Assembly (NCBI RefSeq): GCF_001194135.2
Contig: NC_068987.1
Span: 16,353,787 to 16,412,692 of the forward strand
Direction: 5' to 3'
Source: Octopus bimaculoides
Lineage: Eukaryota
DNA length: 58,906 bases
In this document: positions 49,395-58,906 of the stretch, piece by piece
How positions within the stretch are numbered: the stretch's first letter is position 1
How the letters are laid out: each line of letters begins with the position of its first letter
The notes under the pieces: model-generated
What the model was told of the DNA's origin: nothing
Database searches by the model: none
What the model saw: only the letters and a program-made list of their open reading frames with translations
Program-made: the position numbers and the translations under genes

Positions 49395-50117
49395 CTGAAC
49401 AGAGCCAGACTTTTGGAGAGACAAAAAAAAAAAAATGTTTGAATTTTATTTTAGATAAAGCGAAATCCATCCGTACCAGTACACGTGAACTTAACACACT
49501 CGCACACAGATGTACGCATGTGTGTGTGCGTGCGCGCGCGAGAGAGATAGATAGATAGAGAGAGAGAAGGAGGAAGAAAGAGTGAGGGAGGGAGAGAGGG
49601 GAAGAGAGAGTGTGTGTGGTAGAGAATTCGTTTCACAATTACATAGTTTCCTGTTCAGTCCCACTGCTCAGGCAAGTGTATGCTATAACTCCGGGCTAAT
49701 CAATGATCACACAGAAACTGTAGGAAATCTGGCGTGTGTGTGTGTATATATATACACACATTTTTATTCATATATCCGGAAAAGAAGCACACTCTGAAGT
49801 ATTGGAGCAGTAAAGTACTTTTAGGAAGTTGAAAGTTATGGCCGGTCACTAAATCACTATTGGTTTCACACCTGTAAAGCGCTTAGTATTATAGGTGACT
49901 CGTCACTCTATGGCCAACCATAATTTTTAACTTCTAATATATATATATATATATATATAATGTCCACTTTAGTGGTCAACGTTATATATAAAAATATACT
50001 TTAATCTCCTGAGATTGCAGATATTATTTCTGAATCTCTCTGATTCTTTAAATGTGCTAGCTTCCTGGTAATAAATCGATATTAATTAATATATGATTTT
50101 TTACCCTATGTTTTAAT

Positions 50118-50178
<61 letters not shown>

Positions 50179-51118
50179 TTGGCTGGTTCTTTATTTTACC
50201 GACTCCGAAACACGAAAGACAAAGTTGACCTCGGCGATATTTGAACTCAGAACATAAAGAGCCGGAAGAAATGCCGCTAAGCGTTTTATCCGACGCTCTA
50301 ACAATTCTGTCAGTTCGCCACCTTAAATGGTTTGAAATTTCGGCACAAAGTTAGGGATTTAAGGGGTGGGGGCGGGATTAATCAGTTACATCAAACTCAG
50401 TACTTTATTTTATCAACCCCGAAAGGATGAGAGGCAAAATCAACCACAGTCGCATTTGAACTCACCATATAGAGGGCATGAATAAATGCCGTTAAACATT
50501 TTGCTCGACACGCTTACGATTGTGACAGCTCGCTGCCTTCATATTGGTTCCAAATTTTGGTACAAGGCCAACAATTTCAAGGGAGGTGTACGTCGATTAC
50601 ATCAACCAGGCCCCGTGCACATCTGGTACTTATTTCATCGACACCAAAAGGATGAAAGGCAAATTCAGCGGAATTTGAATTCAAAACGTGAAGACGAACG
50701 AAATACCGCTAAGCATTTTATCCGGTGTGCTAACAATTCTGCCAGCTCGCTGCCTTCATATTGAAATTAAAATTAACACAAACCAAAAGAATAAGACATA
50801 CAAAACTGTAAAAACAATAGAGAATGAAAAAACAAAAAAAAAACAAAAACAAAGAAGGCTTGAGAGCTGGACATATGCTAAGTTCTTATCTGTACTTTTG
50901 TCATTCTTGTATTTCATTTTTTGTTGTTATTCTGCCACTGATCAAACACTCACACACATACACACGTGGATGCTCTCACATCCAAATACACAAAGAAACA
51001 GTCACCTACATAAATAAAAACACATATTGTAATACTCACACATTTACTCATGCACACAAATACACGTTCGCCCGTGATATAGAGGTTTGAAAAAAAAACA
51101 GAACAACAGGAAATAATG

Positions 51119-51126
51119 TGACGTCA
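51119..51126. promoter_or_regulatory. Palindromic CRE/ATF site TGACGTCA in the putative divergent promoter
   Basis: Perfect 8-mer about 410 bp upstream of the ATG at 51536. Function is not shown and chance occurrence is possible. Confidence 0.3.
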
Positions 51127-51205
51127 TCACTCATTTCAAGGTGATTTAGCTTTTTGCGATTACACAGCCATATGTAGGATACATACGTAAATATACATAA
51201 TTATC

Positions 51206-51242
<37 letters not shown>

Positions 51243-51535
51243 AACACTCGCACGCACATATTTGTATAGAGGTATATATTCATATATATTAATATGTATA
51301 CAAACACTGATGCATACCTCTCTTCCTCTCCTTTCCACCTACACACACATACATATATATATTCATATCTTTATATATATTTATACGCACACATATATAG
51401 ATATAAAATACGTCTTTTGGGGATTATTTTTGAGCGATTAGTCGTTGATCATCCGGAAAGGTAAAAGAAAGAACAGGAATTTAGAACAACAAATATACGT
51501 AGACATAGCTATAAAAATACAGACGTGAAGAAATC

Positions 51536-51655
51536 ATGTCTACTCTGACATTCGTTTTTTGCTTGTCTTTTATGCTTGTATCTGTGGCATGCCAAAGCTG
51601 TGACTTGCCTCCAAGTCTCTGGTGTTCTTCTCCTGAAATCGCAAAGAGATGTAAT
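51536..51655 (+). CDS. First coding exon: signal peptide plus saposin A-type domain, most like invertebrate GILT/IFI30 lysosomal thiol reductase (prosaposin-family alternative not excluded)
   Basis: AAATCATG start, donor gtaagt at phase 0, 120 nt. Encodes MSTLTFVFCLSFMLVSVACQSCDLPPSLWCSSPEIAKRCN: hydrophobic leader then the SapA C..PP..WC.S...A..C motif. No second exon found in the window. Confidence 0.85.
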
Positions 51656-52724
51656 GTAAGTAGAACAACTAATGTCTTGTGTTTTTAAAGCGTTTTTTCA
51701 TGTTTATAATTTTCAGATCAGTTCAGAAAAGTTAGAGTCTCGTACAAAATGGTTTTCGATGTTTCGGTTGCACTCTTTACGTTGTGAGGGCGAGTTCAAA
51801 TCCCGCTGAGGTCAACATTGCCCTTCCTTTCCCTCTGGGTTCGATAAAATCAAATACCAGTCAAGTACTGGGGTAGATGTAATCATCTAAGTCTGCCCGC
51901 TCCACGTCTCTAAAATTGTTGATCTATCAAAATTTGAAACTATGAGACAGTGAGCTGGCAGAATCATTAGTGCGTCGGACAAACAAACCACTTAGCAGTT
52001 TTTCTTCTGACTAATTATGTTTTGAGTTCAAATCCCGTCAAGGTCAACTATGCCGTTTATCCTTTCAGAGTCGATAAAATAAAGTACCAATGAAGTACTG
52101 ATGTAGATGTAATCGACTAATCCCGTTCCCGCCCCAGAAAATTGAATTTGCGCCAAAATTTTAAACCATTTAAGGCAGCGAGAAGGCAGAAGAATTGTTA
52201 GTGCGTCGCAAAAAGTATTTAGCAGTATTTTTTTGTATTTTTTGAATATTTTGTCCTGAGTTCAGATTCCATCTAGGTCAACTTTGCCTTTCTTCCTTTC
52301 GGAGTCGATAAAAATCAAATACAGTCAAGTAGTATGATCGGCGTCATCAACTTGCTCTCTCCTCTCAGAATTGCTGGCCATGTTCCAAAATTAGAAACAA
52401 TTATCATCATCATCATCATGGATTAGTAGAATTGTCTGAACAGACTTGTTCGGGGTCCAAGCACTTCTGACTTGTGGAGTTGTCAAACTCTTGTTGCGTA
52501 TAGGACTGATTTGGCTATCGATTGAATCTACCGTTAAGACTGTTCATCATCTTCCTTGGACAAGGAAGGACAGGCAGTTTTCTTCTGCCTTGTGTTCAAA
52601 AGGGCTAAAATTTGAGAATTCATAAATATATCTTAAGAGACAAGGGAATCGTTAGAGCATTTGGAAAATGTTTTGCAGTATATTTTTCTGGTTCTTTACA
52701 TACTGAGTTCAAACCACGCCGATA

Positions 52725-53455
52725 TAGGGGAAGAAAATACATTACTCTAAGACCGACTTGTTTCGAGATACAGTATTTCTAAAGTTATTTGCAGCAATGT
52801 CGGCACTTAGTAGCTTGAAAATATTAAACAGTTGGTGACGAATACTGATGTGACCTCTGTGGATAATTGCTACACGCTAAAGTCGGCCGTGCTAGCCATC
52901 GGAGGCATCGACATAAATGAACTACAAACGAAGAAAGAAAAACTCGGAAAAGAGGATCCGACGGCAACGATATAAAGAAGAAAAGGCATCAACACAAAAC
53001 CTTGTTTCGAAATATCTTTGCATTTCCTATCAGTTATTTGTTGGCAGTTTGAAACTTGAAAATATTAAATTATGGAAGAAAATACCTTCCCATGAGTCCA
53101 ACTTATTTCCAGATATCATATATGCAAGCAGTTATATGTTGCAATGCCGGCGGTTGCAAATTTGAAAATATTTAATTGGTAGAGAAGAAAATACATTAGC
53201 ATAAGACCAATTTGTTTCAAGATGTTGTTTCCAAACAGTTATTTACGATAATGTTGTCAGTTAGATACTTGAAAACAGTAAATTGTTACGGAAGAAAATG
53301 CATTTAATATATTACCGACTCTTTTCGAGCTGTATTTCCAAACAGTTATTTGTAGCAATGTCGACAGTTATATGTTTGACAATATTAAACTATTGAAGAA
53401 GAATATACATTGCTATACGACTAACTTGTTTTCGCGATATCGTATTTCCATCCAG
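52725..53455. repeat. Degenerate minisatellite, about 105-bp unit, about 6 copies, interrupted by about 155 bp of unrelated sequence
   Basis: Recurring GAAGAAAATACATT...ACTTGTTTCGAGAT...CAGTTATTTG.AGCAATGTCG...TTGAAAATATTAAA. Confidence 0.8.
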
Positions 53456-54471
53456 CTACCCATATTCTCGTAAGATTTAAATAATTGACGGTGAGACGTA
53501 CAAGTAGAATGTATGTATGTACGTATATATGTATTGTAATTATTACTAGTCCTGTCAGCAGATGTAATCTTGGAAATATTAACTCAATAACAATAGGATT
53601 TACAGATAGAATGTTTACATCGAGATGGTATTAGGATTGCTTCTGACAGGTGTGAGCTTGAAGGGGTTAAATCGATATTGGCCAAAATCGATACTGATTA
53701 CATCCGACAAGCGAGACAGAATTTTGTTGATAACGTGGTAATAACATATATAAAATACTTCATATTGGCCAAATACTCTACATCACCACCAGTTCCCTAT
53801 ACCCACGCCTTTGCGCCTATTCTCATCAATTCTTCGGCTATATCATACTATCAACTAACTGATCTTCTACTAAAATAGCAACACGAATTTTTAAGCGAAC
53901 GTTGCTTTTTTTGTGTTAATCTTAATATCGATTTTTTTCTAGCCTACTCTCATACCACATTTCATTTTATTTTTAATTAAAGCGAGGGCGTTAAGGCTGT
54001 GAGTCAGTAGCATCGCTAGTACGCCAGACAAAAAATACTTAGCGGTTTTTCTTCCTACTTTACGTTCTGAGTTCAATCCCGCCGAGATCGACTTTGCCTT
54101 TCATCATTTTTCGGGGTCGATAAAGTAAGAACTGCTCAAGCATTGAGGTTGATATAAACGACTGCTCTCCTCCCCACTAAAAAATTTCGGTACTTTCTAC
54201 TAATTCTATGGTAAAAAGAAAGAAATTAAAACGGGAAGTTAGCAGAATCATTAGAGCATGGAAAAATGCTTTCGGTATTTGTTCTGGCTCTTTACGTTCT
54301 AAGTTCAACTCCTGTCGCGTTTAATTTTGTCTTTCACCGCTCTGGGCTCAATATAACAAAGTACCATTCAAGTACTGAGGTCAGTGGTGGCCACTAATCT
54401 CCTGACCTCAACATTGCCGGCCTTGTACTTAAATGAAAAAAAAAAGCACTTTTAATTAAAGCGATGGAAAC

Positions 54472-55293
54472 CGTGTGAAAAATGCGAGCAAGTGAAATAA
54501 TATTCTTAAGATTATAAACCTGGAAAAGTACAGGACATGTTATTAAACTTGGAAAAGACAGGACAAGTTATTACGTCTGGTGAAGTACTGAACAAGAAAT
54601 TTTTTACTTAAAATATTGCAGCTAAGGATAAAATTTGAATATTAAAAATTATTTGATTTTAATTTACAAAGTGACATTATAATTAAAAAAGGTACCATCA
54701 TTTTGTTAAAATATTGACACACAAGAATATTTAAAAAACGAGAGCCAGAAGTACCAATATAACTAGTTTTATTCAAAGTAGAATAGTATATATGGTAGGC
54801 AAATTCATTATGTAAAAAATAGGCATTGGGTCAAGACTAAAAATGTTAAGACTTAGGCAATAGCTGAAGCAAATTTTACTGTGAATTCGTTATTATAGGT
54901 AGATTTTACTGTAACACATAACTAATTTTTGTATTATTCTATCTATTGTACTATGTATTAATATTATTTTTTATAACCTGTTTTCAAATTTCTAATTATT
55001 AACAATTGAAAAAAATGAATTTTTTTAAAGTGCAAAAAATGTTTTTAGTTATTTTTAATAGAAGTAACAAATAATAACAAATTGAAGTAATAACTTGTAA
55101 TAAATTTTTTAGTTTTAATAAAAGCTGATATTTTCTAAATCTAAATATTTTATTTGAAATGTTATCCTTAGGTGCAATATTTTGAGTTAAATTTTTTTTG
55201 TTCTGTACTTTACCACATGTAATAATTTGTCCTGTACTTTTCCAGGTTTATAATCTTAAGAATATTATTTCTCTTGCTCGCATTTTTCCATGT
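54472..55293. mobile_element. About 820-bp non-autonomous DNA element with long (about 150-170 bp) TIRs and subterminal repeats
   Basis: GAAAAATGCGAGCAAGTGAAATAATATTCTTAAGATTATAAACCTGGAAAAGTACAGGACA at 54477 is mirrored at about 55228-55288. Pairing continues inward through AATATTGCA.CTAAGGATAA. Interior is AT-rich with no ORF. Confidence 0.88.
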
Positions 55294-55869
55294 AATATAG
55301 TTATGCTTAAATCGATAGAAGCTGTGTGTTTGTGTGTATACAGTTATTTACTTTAAATAATAATAGATAAAAAAAAGAAAACACTCGCGCACACATGTGC
55401 ATATATTGATTTCTTATACAGAAGCAATGGAGGCGCAATGGCCCAGTGGTTAGGGCAGCGGACTCGCGGTCTTAGGATTGCGGTTTCGATTTCCAGACCG
55501 GGCATGGTGAGTGTTTATTGAGCGAAAACACCTAAAGTTTCACGAGGCTCTGGTGGCGAACCCTGCTGTACTCTTTCACCACAACTTTCTCTCACTCTTT
55601 CTTCCTGTTTCTGTTGTACCTGTAATTCAAAGGGCCAGCCTTGTCACACTCTGTGTCATGCTGAACCTCCCCGAGAACTACGTTAAGTCTGAAGGAACAA
55701 CAGGTTTTCCCTGCATTTATGGTTGCTATTACTGTTGCTGATGTAGTTGTTGCTGTTTGAGTTGTGTTAAGGCGTCAGTAGCAATGCACATATTAACATT
55801 TGTTGTGGATAGAAGACAGATTGTTGTTGCTACCACAACTGTGTCGTCTTTCCAAATAACGAGGGCTAG

Positions 55870-56400
55870 GACCATATTGGTCTGTCTGGTCTGGAATTGT
55901 TAAGATCTGGTCCTATTTGATCTAGGACATCCAGCCCTTTCGCTGACAAGTTTTTTTCTGAAGGGATATTCACGTCCAGGATTGCAGTCTCTTCCTCTAG
56001 TGCCACCAGAGCCTGTTGTTTAAATTCTACAGCACAGCCACCACCTCCACCTTCACCACTAACCAAGAAATGTAGGTTGAAATTAAAAAGGTGTTTCTAA
56101 CTCGGGACAATAGTATCCCTTTGCATGTGAACTTCTGAAAGGAATCGTACCTCTAACCACCCTTCATCACCTGGCATACAATGACGAAGTCTATGTTGCT
56201 CTATATGCTCCCGCCAGGCACTTTTCTACGTAGGCCTGTGTGAAATTTTCTATCCACCGGCTCTTCATCATCATACGCTTGTATAACACGTCTCCCGTTT
56301 TGGTTTGTTCCAGAACCACTTGTGTTACGATTAATAAAGCCTTCCTGCTCACTCTCAGAATGCATCTTTTAGTCTCTATCAACTCCTTCTTCTGGTCTTC
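55870..56400 (-). mobile_element. Probable degenerate LINE ORF1-like remnant
   Basis: Broken reading such as WREHIEQHRLRHCMPGDEGWLEVRFLSE, with stops and frameshifts and higher GC. Family not identified. Confidence 0.3.
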
Positions 56401-56570
56401 TCATAAGATCAGCTCCGGGTAATATTTACGCTCTTGCAAAAAACAACAAGCTTATTGCAACGCTCTTGTAGCAGTTGTGAGTGTTATTGCTGTACCGAGG
56501 CCATAGTGAATGTAGTAATATTGATAGCGCCCATAATGCGAATGGCCAAGACGATGCTGTTATTATCGGT

Positions 56571-56894
56571 GAAGGTGCGTGCGTGACTTAGTGGTTGGAT
56601 ATTCGGCTCACCATCGTAAGGTCGTGAGTTCGATTTCTTGCGGCGCGTTGCGTCCTTGAGCATGACACTTTATTTCATGTTGTTCCAGTGCACTCAGCTG
56701 GCAAAAATGAGTAGTACCTGTAGTTCAAGGGGCCAGCCTTGTCATATCATGTGTCACGCTCAATCTCCCTGAGAACTACATTAAGGGTACACGTGCCCGT
56801 GGAAAGCTCAGTCACTTGCACGTTAATTTCATGAGCAGGCTGTTCCGTTGATTGGATCAATTGGAACCCTCGTTGTCGTAACCGACGGAGTGCC
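56571..56894 (+). mobile_element. Family A SINE, full length
   Basis: Colinear with 947-1263 from head to the GACGGAGTGCC tail. Confidence 0.85.
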
Positions 56895-56939
56895 AGTACC
56901 ATTGCCAGTAGAGAAAGTGGAAAAACACAGTGGTGGTGA

Positions 56940-56971
<32 letters not shown>

Positions 56972-57859
56972 GTAAATAATCCGCATTCCCTAAAATACGG
57001 AAAGTAAACAGCTGTATTTCGTAATCAGAGTATTTTATCTTGAGTCCAGACATGTGTCCTTCATTCCTTTTAGATAAGCAACCGTAGATAAAACAAGTGC
57101 GTGAGGACGATGAGTGAAATACGTGTTGTAATTATTGAGGTAGAGCCATGCACTAATATCATTAACGGCTGTAGCGTAGATAGTTGGTGACAGAAGTATG
57201 TGTTTTATCATTTAAGTCTCCCATACATTAGTATGGTAGATTTAAAATCGAAATAAATATTATTTTAAATATAATCCCCTAAATATACAATGCTCCGAAG
57301 GCTTGACTTTTATTACTATTTATAAGAATTAAGTCTTTGGATTATAAGAATGTCATATCTATTCATAGAAAAACGTGTTCAAACATCGAGTCTCGTCCTG
57401 CCTGCCTTTAGGCTTTCGGGAATTTGGTTTCCATAGCAGCAAGCGGTACAGATACCCCAATTACATTAATTACATTTTTAATAGATACCTCTGTTCTAAT
57501 GTAATGTAATAGTTATTGTTGTTCGTACATAATTCTTCCCCCAAATTTATTTAACTTCTGGAGAGTGTAAAAGAATTTTTCTCTTTAACCAGATAACAAC
57601 ATTGCCAATGTACCGATTTTCAAGGATTTAACGATAAAATATTGCTGTAATGTCTTCACATATTTTACGATTAGATTAAAACGTATTACTTATATATAAG
57701 GTTGGCTTGGCTGTGTGATAAATAACTACGTGATTCTTGAATGGATTCCACGATACGGAAGTTGAGCAGGTAACTCTAACTATAGCCTTGGGTTGACCTG
57801 TATCTCTGAGTGGTGAACTGTGTCTGTGTATGTATGCCTGTGTGCGTATATATGTAATA

Positions 57860-57890
<31 letters not shown>

Positions 57891-58906
57891 ATCTGCGCTT
57901 GCGCGTGTATGTATGTGTGTGTGTGCGCACGTGCACGTTTGTTTTCTGTTTTCGCCGCTCTAAAAAACGTTTTCGTCTTTATATGTTCAGCGTTTTCATG
58001 TCCCGTAACCTAGCAGTTTAAATAACAGAAATCAATGAGAAATATNNNNNNNNNNNNNNNNNNNNNNNNNNNNNNNNNNNNNNNNNNNNNNNNNNNNNNN
58101 NNNNNNNNNNNNNNNNNNNNNNNNNNNNNNNNNNNNNNNNNNNNNNNNNNNNNNNNNNNNNNNNNNNNNNNNNNNNNNNNNNNNNNNNNNNNNNNNNNNN
58201 NNNNNNNNNNNNNNNNNNNNNNNNNNNNNNNNNNNNNNNNNNNNNNNNNNNNNNNNNNNNNNNNNNNNNNNNNNNNNNNNNNNNNNNNNNNNNNTGTGTG
58301 TGTGTGTGTATGTATCTGCGCTTGCGCGTGTATGTATGTGTGTATATGTTTGTGTGTCTGTTTTTGCCCTCCCCCTCAACTTCGCTTGACAACCGAGGCT
58401 GGTGTGTTTACTTCTGCGCAACTTAGCGGTTCGGCAAAAAGAGACCGGTAGAATAAGTACTAGGCTTACAAAGAATAAATCCTGGGGTCGATTTGCTCGA
58501 CTAAAAGAAAGAAGGCGGTGCCCCAGCATGGCTGCAGTCAAATGACTGAAACAAGTAAAAGAGTAATTAATGGTGTCAGATTTTGGCATAAAATCAGAAA
58601 TTTCGAGGAAGGAATAAATCAATTATATCGACCCTCGTGCCCAACAGGTATTTACTTTATCCAACCGGAAAAAGATGTAAGGCAAAGTAGACTTCGGCGG
58701 AATTTGAGCTCAGAACATGAAGACGTTAAGTATTTTGCCCGGCGTGCTTAACGAATCTGCCAGCTCACCACTTTATTACTTATTAACGATGTAGTGTGAG
58801 CAAAGGTGATATATCATACATTTCAAATTTACATTCAAAGAAAACAGACAGGTTTAACTATTTATGATATTCTAATCTTTTCCATCAGTTTTTATTGTAT
58901 TATATA

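Noticed and set aside
57870-58345. Apparent duplication across the gap, with garbled SINE-like sequence at 57930-58045
   Set aside because: Probably a low-quality read end or unmerged overlap at a contig edge; 15870-16236 may be similar.

Overview
Repeat-saturated, AT-rich, gap-containing animal genomic DNA. The tRNA-derived SINE families, RTE/RLE LINE remnants and TA/CA microsatellites look like Octopus (coleoid cephalopod); this is inferred from repeat content, not a database hit. Almost all listed ORFs are microsatellite or N-gap artefacts. Two real protein-coding genes are present, mostly invisible in the ORF track. (1) Minus strand: four phase-compatible GT-AG exons (26197-25694, 17437-17325, 7934-7688, 3925-3776) splice in frame to an N-glycosylated Ser/Thr/Asn-rich stalk, EGF-like domain, SEA domain lacking the GS autocleavage motif, and a second EGF-like domain (MUC13/HEG1-type layout). 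Three small upstream candidate exons (49394-49293, 47922-47898, 39442-39378) join into a motif resembling an F5/8 type C (discoidin) domain. The 3' end probably lies left of the window. (2) Plus strand: a first coding exon (51536-51655) encoding a signal peptide plus saposin A-type domain, most like invertebrate GILT/IFI30, oriented divergently from gene 1. The rest is intron or intergenic: dozens of SINEs, LINE fragments, Tc1 and mariner remnants, MITEs, degenerate minisatellites, a large palindrome and a short telomeric insert with a flanking direct repeat. No rRNA, true tRNA gene or CRISPR array is supported. All translations, counts and coordinates were done by hand; repeat boundaries are approximate.
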